From a virus (lineage: Duplodnaviria > Caudoviricetes): a stretch of 35,781 nt of DNA. The notes under the pieces were generated by a model. The model ran no database searches, was not told where the DNA came from, and saw nothing but the letters and a program-made list of their open reading frames with translations. Made by a program: the position numbers and the translations under genes. Location: positions 1 to 35,781 of the IMG/VR virus record IMGVR_UViG_3300020045_009791; one strand, written 5' to 3'. Below, piece by piece: positions 7,964 to 17,292 of the stretch (position 1 is its first letter; every line of letters begins with the position of its first letter).

Positions 7964-9295
7964 ATGAAACTTCTTGATGTCCTCACCGCGCCATGGGCCA
8001 TAGAGCCAGCTAAGCTGCTGGAGATCCAGGCCATTTACGCCACGCACCTGCGCGGCGACAAGATCGACATCTCTGCGGTAGAGGCCAAGCTGGGCCGCCC
8101 GCTGGCCAATGAGCCAGCACCCTACCAGGTGCAAGATGGCGTGGCCATCATTGCGCTTGACGGTGTGATTGCCAAGCGTGCCAACCTGTTCATGCAAATC
8201 AGCGGTGGCACCAGCTCTGAGCTGATTGGGCGCGACTTTAAAACTGCGCTCTCTGACCCCGATGTGCACAGCATCATTTTGGCCATTGACAGCCCCGGCG
8301 GCACGGTCGACGGCACCATCAGCCTGGCTGACCTGGTGGTGGCATCCACCAAGCCCGTGGTGGCCCTGGCCAGCGGCACCATGGCCAGCGCTGCCTACTG
8401 GATTGGCTCTGCTGCCAATGCCGTCTACATCACCGATGCCACCACCGTGGTGGGCTCCATTGGCGTGGTAGCTACGCACACTGATGTGTCGCAGTCGCAA
8501 GCCACCCAGGGCATCAAAACCACCGAGATTGCCGCCGGTAAATACAAGCGCATTGCCAGCAGCTACGAGCCGCTGAGTATCGAAGGCCGCCAGACCATTC
8601 AAGACCAGGTGGACTACACCTACGCCTTGTTTGTGGATGCCGTGGCCAAGCAGCGCGGCACCAGCACCGACAAGGTGCTTACCGACATGGCCGACGGCCG
8701 CATTTTCATTGGGCAGCAAGCCATCGACGCGGGGCTGGTGGACGGTGTATCCACCCTTGACGCGCTGGTGCAGCAGCTCAACGCAAACCGCGCAAGCGGC
8801 AGCACAGGCTACCGGGCAAGTAAAAACCACGCGCCAGGTAGCCGTCACCCTCGCGCCGGTGTTGCGCAACCCCAAACCCAACCCAAAGGAGCAGCAATGC
8901 CCATTACCCGTGAACAACTCGCGGCCGAAGCACCTGACGTGCTCGCGGCCATCCGCCAAGAGGGTGCTGCCGATGAGCGCGCCCGCATCCAGGCCATTGA
9001 GTCTGTGGCCGTGCCCGGCCATGACGCGCTGATTGCCAGCCTGAAATTTGACGGCAAATCAACCGCTGGCGATGCCGCCCTGGCTGTGCTGTCTGCTGAA
9101 AAGCAAACGCGCAGCGCAGCCGCCACCGCGCTTGCCAATGACGCACCAGCCCCTGTGGCCGTGGTGCCTGGCGCCCCGGTCGAGGCCAAAGCGCTTAGCC
9201 GCACTGAGGTAGACCTGCAGGCCAAAGCCCACATGGCTGCCCACCCTGGCACCGACTACGTTGCCGCTGTCAAACACGTCCAAAAAGGAGCCTAA
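7964..9295 (+). CDS. S49-family prohead protease (lambda gpC-like) with C-terminal scaffold region
   Basis: IDSPGG, MASAAYWIGS and VGSIGV S49 motifs. C-terminal Ala-rich ERARI helical region. Confidence 0.93.
   Translation: MKLLDVLTAPWAIEPAKLLEIQAIYATHLRGDKIDISAVEAKLGRPLANEPAPYQVQDGVAIIALDGVIAKRANLFMQISGGTSSELIGRDFKTALSDPDVHSIILAIDSPGGTVDGTISLADLVVASTKPVVALASGTMASAAYWIGSAANAVYITDATTVVGSIGVVATHTDVSQSQATQGIKTTEIAAGKYKRIASSYEPLSIEGRQTIQDQVDYTYALFVDAVAKQRGTSTDKVLTDMADGRIFIGQQAIDAGLVDGVSTLDALVQQLNANRASGSTGYRASKNHAPGSRHPRAGVAQPQTQPKGAAMPITREQLAAEAPDVLAAIRQEGAADERARIQAIESVAVPGHDALIASLKFDGKSTAGDAALAVLSAEKQTRSAAATALANDAPAPVAVVPGAPVEAKALSRTEVDLQAKAHMAAHPGTDYVAAVKHVQKGA
8897..9295 (+). CDS. Nested in-frame scaffolding protein (Nu3-like)
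   Basis: Internal AAAGGAG Shine-Dalgarno just upstream of in-frame ATG 8897 (MPITREQL...), as in lambda C/Nu3. Confidence 0.65.
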   Translation: MPITREQLAAEAPDVLAAIRQEGAADERARIQAIESVAVPGHDALIASLKFDGKSTAGDAALAVLSAEKQTRSAAATALANDAPAPVAVVPGAPVEAKALSRTEVDLQAKAHMAAHPGTDYVAAVKHVQKGA

Positions 9296-9298
9296 ATC

Positions 9299-9640
9299 AT
9301 GGCCGCATCTGCTATTGCAACCCTCACGGTCGGCGTAACCGCTGCCGTTGCCCTTACCCAATACCGTGCTGTGACCGCCGCCGGTGCCATTCCTGCAGCT
9401 GCAGCCAATGCCGTTGGCTTTAGCCAAACTGCGGGTGCCATCGGTGACCGCGTGCCGGTCACTGTGGGCGGTACTGCCCTGGCCACTGCAGGCGCCGCCA
9501 TTGCGGTGGGCGCTGCTGTAGAGGTGACGGGCGCCGTGGGCAAGGTAGCCACCAAGTCTGCTGGTGTGGCCATTGGCCGCGCGCTCACTGCTGCAGCTGC
9601 AGACGGTGACCTGATCGAAGTGTTGGTGCTCTCCAACTAA
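9299..9640 (+). CDS. Capsid decoration/cement protein (DUF2190-like)
   Basis: 113 aa, Ala/Gly/Val-rich, ends IGRALTAAAADGDLIEVL, located between protease and major capsid. Confidence 0.85.
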   Translation: MAASAIATLTVGVTAAVALTQYRAVTAAGAIPAAAANAVGFSQTAGAIGDRVPVTVGGTALATAGAAIAVGAAVEVTGAVGKVATKSAGVAIGRALTAAAADGDLIEVLVLSN

Positions 9641-9671
9641 CCCACCCCCCCCGAAATTCAAGGAAATCATC

Positions 9672-10616
9672 ATGCCTCAAATGACCGCCTCTGACGCCCG
9701 CGTCGTCGACCCCGTTTTGTCCACCGTAGCCCAGGGCTACAAAAATGGCAACATGATTGCCAGCACGCTTTTCCCGGCTGTGCCTGTGATGCAGCGTGCG
9801 GGCAAGATCATCACCTTTGGCAAAGAAGACTTCATGCTGTACGCCACGGCGCGTGCGCCTGGTGAAAATACCAAACGCATCCAGATTGGCTACGCAGGCT
9901 CAAACTTTGCGCTGGTCGATTACAGCCTTGAAGGACAAGCCCCCATTGAGCTGATCCAGGAAGCCCAGGCAGGCCCCGGCCTTGACCTTGGTGCATCTAC
10001 TGTGCGCAAGGTGGGCAACATCATGGATTTGCGCCTTGAAAAGCAGTCTGCCGACATTGCTCGCAACGCTGCCAGCTACGCTGCCGCCAACAAGGTCACG
10101 CTGAGCGGCACTGGCCAGTGGAGCGACTTCACCGGCACCAGCGACCCCATTGCCAACGTCGAAGCTGGAAAAGACGCCGTGCGCGCCGCCACCGGTCGCC
10201 TGCCCAACACCATGACCATGGGTGCGGCTGTGTTCAAAAGCCTGCGCCAACACCCCAAGATTGTGGACCGCCTGAAATACACCGGCCGCGATGTGGCGAC
10301 GGTCGAAATTTTGGCTGCACTTTTTGGCTTGGCCCGCGTGGTGGTGGGCAATGCCATCTACAGCAACGATGCAGGCACTGCCTTCACGGACGTGTGGGGC
10401 AAAGACGTGGTGCTGGCCTATACCGAAGTTGGCAGCGTGGCAGACATGGGCGAGCCCAGCTACGGCTACACCTACACCCTTGAGGGCTACCCGCAAGTTG
10501 AAGAGCCCTACTTTGACCGCAACAGCAAGAGCTGGGTCTACCCTGTGACCCGTGCTGAAGCCCCAGTGCTGGCGTCTGCTGCTGCAGGCTACCTGATCAC
10601 CAACGCGGTCGCGTAA
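9672..10616 (+). CDS. Major capsid protein
   Basis: 314 aa with DPVLSTVAQGY, W.D..SDPI and PSYGYTY motifs, a strong RBS, and the expected position. Confidence 0.88.
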   Translation: MPQMTASDARVVDPVLSTVAQGYKNGNMIASTLFPAVPVMQRAGKIITFGKEDFMLYATARAPGENTKRIQIGYAGSNFALVDYSLEGQAPIELIQEAQAGPGLDLGASTVRKVGNIMDLRLEKQSADIARNAASYAAANKVTLSGTGQWSDFTGTSDPIANVEAGKDAVRAATGRLPNTMTMGAAVFKSLRQHPKIVDRLKYTGRDVATVEILAALFGLARVVVGNAIYSNDAGTAFTDVWGKDVVLAYTEVGSVADMGEPSYGYTYTLEGYPQVEEPYFDRNSKSWVYPVTRAEAPVLASAAAGYLITNAVA

Positions 10617-10630
10617 GCCGGGAGCGCATC

Positions 10631-10885
10631 ATGCCTAAATTGATCGCGCTCACGCCCATCAACCATGATGGCAAGGATTATGCAGAGGGTGACACCTTTG
10701 ACGTGTCCGACAAGGCCCAGGTGGCCCAGCTGGTGGACTCTGGCGCAGCGGTTGTCAAGGGTCAAAAGCCCAAGGCTGAAGTTGCTGCTGAAGCCGCTGC
10801 AGTTGCCCAGGCTGAGGCTGAGGCTGGCGATGCTCAGGCCGTGCTGGACGCGGCTGCTGCTGCCAACACTGCGCCTGAGCTGTAA
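10631..10885 (+). CDS. Small head-associated protein
   Basis: 84 aa after MCP, with a PINHDGKDYAEGD motif and an Ala/Glu-rich tail. Confidence 0.65.
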   Translation: MPKLIALTPINHDGKDYAEGDTFDVSDKAQVAQLVDSGAAVVKGQKPKAEVAAEAAAVAQAEAEAGDAQAVLDAAAAANTAPEL

Positions 10886-10888
10886 CCC

Positions 10889-11185
10889 ATGTTTGCCGAA
10901 GACATGAGCGTGTTTTACGACCTGGACGGTTTCGCCAAGGCCGCCACCTACACCACCCGCGCCGGGGTCTCCACCCCGGTGGTGGTGCTTGTGGACACCA
11001 ACCTCACGTCTTACGGCCAAACTGCTCAGGCCCAAGTGGGCACCGCTGTGATTTCTGTGCGCACGTCTGAGGTGCCTGAGGCACCCCGGCGCGGCGACAC
11101 CTTTACGCTGGCCACGGGCCGTGTTTACACGGTAGACAGCCAGCAGACTGGTGACGACATGGAGCACAAGGTGTTTGCCGCATGA
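10889..11185 (+). CDS. Head-tail joining protein (gpFII-like)
   Basis: 98 aa, beta-rich, PRRGDTF motif, synteny. Confidence 0.7.
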   Translation: MFAEDMSVFYDLDGFAKAATYTTRAGVSTPVVVLVDTNLTSYGQTAQAQVGTAVISVRTSEVPEAPRRGDTFTLATGRVYTVDSQQTGDDMEHKVFAA

Positions 11186-11814
11186 GCGCCCATTACGAGA
11201 TCACTGCCGACACCGCCTCGATTGCTGAGGCGGTGGCTCTGTTTGAATTTGTGGGTGGCAACACCTCAGACGCCCTGCGCATTGCCATCAACAAGACCTC
11301 ACCCAAGATCAAGACCGCTGCCAGCAAAGCCATTCGCACCCAGGTGCGCCTGAGTGCCAGCTACGTGGGTGAGCGCCTGACAGTGCGCAAGGCCACGCGG
11401 GCTAAGCTGTCTGGGGCTATTGGCACCCCGTCACGCGGGCTGCTGCTGAGTCGCTTCAGCACCGACAGTTTGATTGCCGGTGACAAGGTGGGCTGGTCCC
11501 GCCCGCCACTCATTCCTGCAGGTGGTATCAAGGTCAAGATCAAGCCCACGGGCGCGGCCAAGGGTGCACCTGGTGTGGGTGTCAACAAGCCGTTTTACAT
11601 CGTGCTCAATGGCGGCCAAAACGTGGGCATTGCCGCGCGTATTGGCACCGGCCGCAAGGGTTTGAAGATGTTCAGCGGCCCGTCTCTGAGCCAAGTGTTT
11701 GACACCGTGCGCACCGATGTGCTGCCCGTGGCCAGCGCCGAGTACCAAGCCCAGCTGATTGACGCCATGCGTTACATCCTGGTCAAGCAACACCCACCGG
11801 AGCCGGTGCTGTGA
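11182..11814 (+). CDS. Tail completion protein (gpZ-like)
   Basis: Basic 210 aa protein with AINKT and GPSLSQVF motifs, synteny. Confidence 0.75.
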   Translation: MSAHYEITADTASIAEAVALFEFVGGNTSDALRIAINKTSPKIKTAASKAIRTQVRLSASYVGERLTVRKATRAKLSGAIGTPSRGLLLSRFSTDSLIAGDKVGWSRPPLIPAGGIKVKIKPTGAAKGAPGVGVNKPFYIVLNGGQNVGIAARIGTGRKGLKMFSGPSLSQVFDTVRTDVLPVASAEYQAQLIDAMRYILVKQHPPEPVL

Positions 11815-12224
11815 CCGCCCCAGTGCGTGAGCGGCTGCTGGCTGCCATCCTGACCGCCACCGGCGGTGTCTATGGCGTGACCAGCCCTGAGGATGTGCGC
11901 GACCTGCCTGTGACCTTGGTGGTGGATGGCACCGATACCGCCAGCGCCAATTACGACCACACCGCCTGTGCCATGCCCCTCAATGTGGGCCGGGCTGAAG
12001 CGGCTGTGGGCACCACCCGCGATGCCTTGCGCGCCCAAGCGCATGACGCGCTGGCGGCCATCATCACCGCCATGCACGCTGACGACACCTTTGGTGGCCT
12101 GGCCGTGGGGGTGGATTACACCGGCGGCGGCATACAGGCCGAGGTGGGCAAGTATGTGTTTGCCGAGGCCACGTTTGTGGTGCGTTACCAGCATTTGCGC
12201 GGCCAGCCTGCCGTGCAGGACTGA
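11811..12224 (+). CDS. Tail terminator protein (gpU-like)
   Basis: 137 aa, VRERLLAAI...D.TFGGLA, lies before the tail tube gene. Confidence 0.65.
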   Translation: MTAPVRERLLAAILTATGGVYGVTSPEDVRDLPVTLVVDGTDTASANYDHTACAMPLNVGRAEAAVGTTRDALRAQAHDALAAIITAMHADDTFGGLAVGVDYTGGGIQAEVGKYVFAEATFVVRYQHLRGQPAVQD

Positions 12225-12269
12225 GCCAGTTTTTTTCACGTTGATTGCTTATTTTTTAAGGAGCACCCC

Positions 12270-13265
12270 ATGGGCCAACCCATCATCCGCTACGAGGCCG
12301 GTCAAACTGCCTACCCCTTTGAGGCCGCTGTAAACGCAGGCGCTGCCACCGTGTTCAGCGCCTCTTTTGCGCCCATCTCCAATGCTGCAGGCTCTGAGCC
12401 CGTGGTGGCGCCCTACGGCCTGTTGACTGGCGGGGCCATCACACCCAATGCCACCATCAACGTGGTGACGGTGGCGGCTCTCACAGCCAGCATGGCCGCT
12501 GCCACGGGTGCCGACGCCACTGGCGTGCTGTCTGTGGCCACCGGCCCGGTCACCATCACCCGGCCTACCACGGCGGTGTCCAAGGTCAACAGCATCACCG
12601 TGACCGCTGCCGGTGCGCTGGCCGCTGTGGCTGGTACCGATGGCGCCACCACCTCATTCAGCGAAACACGCGGCGCCGCCGGTGGCCCGCCCTTGATCCC
12701 TGTGGGCAGCATTGAGATTGCCCAGGTGCGCGTGACAAGCAACACCGCTGCGGTCATCACCACCGGGCAGATTTTTGCAGTGCCTGGCCTGCACGTGGAG
12801 CGCTCTGACTACCCCGTGTATTCGCTGGACTACGCCACCGGCAAAATTGCATTTGCTGACGCGCTGCCACTGATCCACACCGCCAACGTGCCCAAGCTGG
12901 TCTACATCAAAGGCGCTGTGCCGCTGTTTGCCCCCATTGCCAACACCGCTGATTGGGTGCCTGCTGAGTCCACTTACTCCATCAGCTCCACCAGTACTTA
13001 TGACGGCCCGGTCGGCTCTGCCAGCTCAAGCCTGGGGCAGGCCAGCTTTACCGCACTCATGAAAGACGGCATCACCGACAGTGCGCTGGCTGCCAAGGGC
13101 AAAAACATCTGGTTTGAGTTCCGGCCTGACCGCGACAAGCTGCTGCCCAAGCAACTCACCCAGGGCATCTTTGGCGTGAGCCGCACGTTCCCGGCGGGTG
13201 GTGGCAGCTTCAGTGCGGCGTGCACTGTGACGCCATCTACTGAGTCGATCGACATCAAGGCTTAA
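12270..13265 (+). CDS. Major tail (tube) protein
   Basis: 331 aa, T/A/G/S-rich, strong RBS TAAGGAG, directly upstream of the chaperone and tape measure genes. Confidence 0.7.
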   Translation: MGQPIIRYEAGQTAYPFEAAVNAGAATVFSASFAPISNAAGSEPVVAPYGLLTGGAITPNATINVVTVAALTASMAAATGADATGVLSVATGPVTITRPTTAVSKVNSITVTAAGALAAVAGTDGATTSFSETRGAAGGPPLIPVGSIEIAQVRVTSNTAAVITTGQIFAVPGLHVERSDYPVYSLDYATGKIAFADALPLIHTANVPKLVYIKGAVPLFAPIANTADWVPAESTYSISSTSTYDGPVGSASSSLGQASFTALMKDGITDSALAAKGKNIWFEFRPDRDKLLPKQLTQGIFGVSRTFPAGGGSFSAACTVTPSTESIDIKA

Positions 13266-13271
13266 ACCCCC

Positions 13272-13736
13272 ATGGACTTGCAAAAGTTTTTGAACGCTGC
13301 ACTGGCCCCGCGCCAGGCGGTGGTCGATGTGCCCGAGCTGGCCGCGTGGTTTGGGCCTGATGTGCCCGCCACCTGGACCGTGCGCGGCCTCACCGCTGCC
13401 GAGCTGAGCCGGGCCAATGAGACCGGGCAGGGCGGGCTTGACAAAGCCCGGGCCATGGTGGCTGCATTGGCGGGTGACGGTAACAAAGCCGCCAGCATCC
13501 GCGCCGCCCTGGGCCTGAGCAATGAGGATGTGCCTGCCGATGTAAGCCGCCGTATTGACATGCTGGCCACCGGCAGCGTGAGCCCTGCGCTGGGCCTGGA
13601 TGGGCGCGACGTGGCGGTGAAGCTGTCTGAGGCGTACCCCACCACGTTTTACCAGCTCACCAACAGCATCATCAACCTGACCGGTCAAGGGGCTGAGCCG
13701 GGAAAAGCGCTGCGCTCTGGGCAGACCCCAGCGTAA
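13272..13736 (+). CDS. Tail assembly chaperone (gpG-like)
   Basis: 154 aa between tube and tape measure, with a slippery G GGA AAA near its end. Confidence 0.8.
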   Translation: MDLQKFLNAALAPRQAVVDVPELAAWFGPDVPATWTVRGLTAAELSRANETGQGGLDKARAMVAALAGDGNKAASIRAALGLSNEDVPADVSRRIDMLATGSVSPALGLDGRDVAVKLSEAYPTTFYQLTNSIINLTGQGAEPGKALRSGQTPA

Positions 13737-13888
13737 GGGCCGCGCTGGCCTTGTGCGCAGAGCGCGGACGGTTTTTGTTTGAGGTGCGGCCTGATGTCTT
13801 CCCTGATGGCTGCTTGACAGATTTGGAAACCCATTTATGGGTGCGCTGGTACCAGGAGCGGGACGACCGCCAAAAGCAACACAAGTAA
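13700..13888 (+). CDS. -1 frameshift extension of the tail chaperone (gpGT-like)
   Basis: Slippery GGGAAAA at 13700-13706. The -1 frame is open (SAALWADPSVRAALALCAERGRFLFEVRPDVFPDG...HK) to TAA 13886-13888 and fills the gap to the tape measure gene. Confidence 0.8.
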   Translation, partial: GKSAALWADPSVRAALALCAERGRFLFEVRPDVFPDGCLTDLETHLWVRWYQERDDRQKQHK

Positions 13889-13897
13889 AGGCCTACC

Positions 13898-16522
13898 GTG
13901 GCAGACGCGCAAAAAACGATTGACCTGATTTTTAACGGTGTGGACAGAACCGGCGCGGCAACCCAGGCCGCGCTTGGCAATGCGCAAAAGTTCACCGGCT
14001 CGCTTAAAAACATCACCCAGCCCATCTCTGACTTCACCCTGGGTGCGGGCAAGCTTGAGGCCGGGTTGCTGGGTGCCGGGCTGGCCATGACGGTGTTTGC
14101 CGCCAAGACGGCGGGCGACTTTGACACCTCTTTTCGCCAGATCACCACCCTGGTGGATGCCAGCGCTGAGGACATGGGCCGCTTCAAACAGGCCATTTTG
14201 GACTATGCCGAAGGCAGCACCCAGCCGCTGGACAAAATCACTGGCTCACTTGCTGCCGCCATTGGCTCTGGTGTGGACTGGAGCAAATCGCTTGACCTGA
14301 TTGGCGTGGCCGAGAAGCTGGCCGTGTCTACCCGTGCGGATTTGCAGAGCACCACCGAAGTGCTGGTGAGCACGCTCAACGCCTACGGTATGAAAACCGA
14401 AGACGCTGGCAAGGTGAGTGATCTATTTTTTCAGATCATCAAAGACGGCAAGATTGAGATGAATGACCTGGCGCACAGCCTGGCCATGGTGACGCCCACC
14501 GCTGCGGCTGCGGGCATCAGTCTGGAAGAAATTGGCGCTGCCGTAGCCACCCTGACGGCCAGCGGTATCCAGCCCGCCACGGCCATTGAGTATTTGCGCA
14601 GCGCCATTGTCAACATCATCAAGCCCACCAAGCAGGCCAGTGACATGGCTGACGAGCTGGGCATTGAATTTGATGCCAACGCCCTCAAGAGCAAGGGCCT
14701 GGCTGCCGTGCTGAACGATGTGGCCAAAGCCACCGGCGGCAACACCGGCCAGATGGCGCAGCTCATTGGCGATGTGGGCGGCCTCACCGCGGCCATGGTG
14801 CTCACCGGCCCGCAGGCGCAAAAGTTCAAGGATGCGATTGAATCCATGGGCAACAGTGCTGGCAGTGTGGACGCCGCCTTTGCCAAGATGGGGGGCAACC
14901 TGGACGAGTCTTTGGGCAAGGTGGCCAACGCGTTCAAGGTGCTGCTGATCAACATTGGCTCACCGCTGCTGGACGAATTTGGCGGCATTGCCAACGCCAT
15001 TGCCAACATCTTCAGCGCTTTGGCAGGCAGCGTGAAAAGCGGTGCCCTGAAAGACCTGGTGGGCTACATCGAAAGCGTGTTTGGCGACATTCAGGGCGCA
15101 CTTGAAACCGTGGCCAAGAACCTGCCCGCCGCGCTGGAAGGCGCAGACTTCAGCGGCTTCAAGGGTGGCATTGAAAGTGTGCTGACTGCCGTGAAGGGCC
15201 TGTTTGGCAACATTGATTTAACCAGCGTGGAAGGCCTGCGCATAGCCATTGAAACCATGGGCGCGGCGTTTTTGGGCCTGAGCAAATACACCGCCGGGGT
15301 GATTGAGGCGTTTGAGCCGCTGTTTGCCGTGCTGATTGACGTGGGCAAGGGTGCCAGTGATGTGGATCTGAGCTTTCTGGAATTTGCGGGCAACCTGGGC
15401 GGCATTGCCACACAGCTCAATGTGGTGCTGCCACTGTTTGGCGGGCTGCTGGCGATACTGACCGTCAAAAGCGGCATGGGCCTGCTGAGCGAAATGAAGG
15501 GGCTGGTGACCGTGATACCGCTGGTGGCCGCCGTGCTTGGCCAGGCCGGGCTGGCGGGTGCGGCAGGTGCGGCGGGTTATGCCGTGGGCAGTGTGCTCAA
15601 TGACGGCATCAGTGCGCTGCTGAGCAAGATCACCGGCTCTGAGACCTCGCTGGGCGGCTGGATTTATGACCTGACCCACGCGGGCGATGCAGCCACCACC
15701 GCTGGCGAAAAAACAGCGGGTGCGGCCAAAGGCGTGGGTGAGTTGGGCAAGGCGGCAGACAGCTCTGTGAGTTCGTTCGAGAAGTCAAACGACGCCATGC
15801 TGAAAAACTTTGCCGCCAGCGAGAAGGCTGCCACCGGCACGGGCAAGCTGGCAGACGCACAAAAAAGCGTGGTGAAGTACGCGCTTGAAACGGTCCCCAT
15901 TTTTGACGCCCTCACCGGCAAGATCACCGGCTACGAGCAGCGCCTGGTCGCCAGTGCCAAAGGTACTGTCGATCTGGGTACTGCCACCGGCAACACCGCC
16001 AAGGGCCTTGGCAAGATTGGCGAAGAGACCGACAAAGCCAAGGAAGCCACGCGCAAGTGGAACGAAGAAGTGGCCAAGATGAAGTTTGACGAAAAGCTCA
16101 AACTCATTGACAGCCAAACCAAAATCACCGTGGCCAACATCGAGGCCGATGCCAAAAAGGCCGTGGCCGCGTTTGAGTCTATCAGCGGCTCCATCAAAAG
16201 CACGGGTGACCTGTTGGGCACACTTTTTGGCACCCTGAAAGACGAAAACTCGTTGTCTTGGAGCAGCCTGAAAAAAATCAATGACCAGATTGACAAAGAA
16301 AACAAGCTGCGCCAGGACTCATTTGACCTGCAAAAGCGCCTGACCAACGCCACCATCAAACAAATGGAAGCGCAGACCAACGCGCTGGCCAAAGGCGACG
16401 GCTTGATCAAGATTGACGGTGCGGGCCTTAAACCCCACCTGGAGGCTTTCATGTGGGAAATTTTGCGGACCATACAGGTGCGTGTGAATGCCGACGGCCT
16501 GAAGCTGCTGTTGGGGAAATGA
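13898..16522 (+). CDS. Tail tape measure protein
   Basis: 874 aa, helical and Ala/Gly-rich, with a TP901-type core region, after G/GT. Confidence 0.93.
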   Translation: MADAQKTIDLIFNGVDRTGAATQAALGNAQKFTGSLKNITQPISDFTLGAGKLEAGLLGAGLAMTVFAAKTAGDFDTSFRQITTLVDASAEDMGRFKQAILDYAEGSTQPLDKITGSLAAAIGSGVDWSKSLDLIGVAEKLAVSTRADLQSTTEVLVSTLNAYGMKTEDAGKVSDLFFQIIKDGKIEMNDLAHSLAMVTPTAAAAGISLEEIGAAVATLTASGIQPATAIEYLRSAIVNIIKPTKQASDMADELGIEFDANALKSKGLAAVLNDVAKATGGNTGQMAQLIGDVGGLTAAMVLTGPQAQKFKDAIESMGNSAGSVDAAFAKMGGNLDESLGKVANAFKVLLINIGSPLLDEFGGIANAIANIFSALAGSVKSGALKDLVGYIESVFGDIQGALETVAKNLPAALEGADFSGFKGGIESVLTAVKGLFGNIDLTSVEGLRIAIETMGAAFLGLSKYTAGVIEAFEPLFAVLIDVGKGASDVDLSFLEFAGNLGGIATQLNVVLPLFGGLLAILTVKSGMGLLSEMKGLVTVIPLVAAVLGQAGLAGAAGAAGYAVGSVLNDGISALLSKITGSETSLGGWIYDLTHAGDAATTAGEKTAGAAKGVGELGKAADSSVSSFEKSNDAMLKNFAASEKAATGTGKLADAQKSVVKYALETVPIFDALTGKITGYEQRLVASAKGTVDLGTATGNTAKGLGKIGEETDKAKEATRKWNEEVAKMKFDEKLKLIDSQTKITVANIEADAKKAVAAFESISGSIKSTGDLLGTLFGTLKDENSLSWSSLKKINDQIDKENKLRQDSFDLQKRLTNATIKQMEAQTNALAKGDGLIKIDGAGLKPHLEAFMWEILRTIQVRVNADGLKLLLGK

Positions 16523-16523
16523 C

Positions 16524-16874
16524 ATGCGCGTAACCCTGACCACCCTTACTTTTGACCCAGCCGGCGTGGTGCCGCTTGACGTGGTGCCAAGCCAGCAGTT
16601 TGGCGAAACCCGCCGTCGCATGAACCGCATTGCCACGCTGGATGGTGGCGCGGTATTCAACGACTTTGGATTTTCTGAAGCAGACCGCACCATCACCCTG
16701 CAGTGGCGCACCACCAGCGCCGCACAAGAGGCCGCCGTGGCACGGCTGGTGCTAATGTATGCACAAGCGCACCTGGCCACGCCTGAGGGTGTGTTTTTGG
16801 TGGCGCTTGAGGCCTACACACCCGGCGCCACCGAAAGCAGCCTGACGCTGCTGGTGGCCGCCAAATTAACCTGA
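16524..16874 (+). CDS. Distal tail-like protein
   Basis: 116 aa directly after TMP, RRMNRIATLDGG motif. Confidence 0.6.
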   Translation: MRVTLTTLTFDPAGVVPLDVVPSQQFGETRRRMNRIATLDGGAVFNDFGFSEADRTITLQWRTTSAAQEAAVARLVLMYAQAHLATPEGVFLVALEAYTPGATESSLTLLVAAKLT

Positions 16875-16895
16875 TTTTTACCGGAGCTTTTCCCC

Positions 16896-17288
16896 ATGCC
16901 AGCACCTACCGTTGCCACCTATTCAGCCGCCGCCCTGGTGGCCGCCAACACCGCTTTTAAAAACCTGATTGACGCGGGCACCGGTGCGGGCAGCATCAAG
17001 ATTCGTAGTGCCAGTGATGTGCTTCTGGCCCAAGTGCCGCTGGTGGACCCGTGCGGCACGGTCAACGGCACCACCGGCCAGCTCACCTTTGCCATTGCCG
17101 GGCCTGATGCCAGTGCAGATGCCGGTGGCACGGCAGCCTATGCCGAGTTTTGCGACAGCGCCGGGCTGGTGCACCTGGCCTTGCCCGCGCAGGCGGGCAG
17201 TGTGGCGGTGAGCGGCTACCTGGTAGTCAATACGCTGGCCGTGGTGAGCGGATCCTCGTTTGAGGTACTGAGCGCCGTGGTGGGGTAA
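16896..17288 (+). CDS. Virion structural (tail) protein
   Basis: 130 aa, Ala/Gly/Thr-rich beta protein in the tail module, RBS GGAG. Confidence 0.6.
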   Translation: MPAPTVATYSAAALVAANTAFKNLIDAGTGAGSIKIRSASDVLLAQVPLVDPCGTVNGTTGQLTFAIAGPDASADAGGTAAYAEFCDSAGLVHLALPAQAGSVAVSGYLVVNTLAVVSGSSFEVLSAVVG

Positions 17289-17292
17289 GAGC

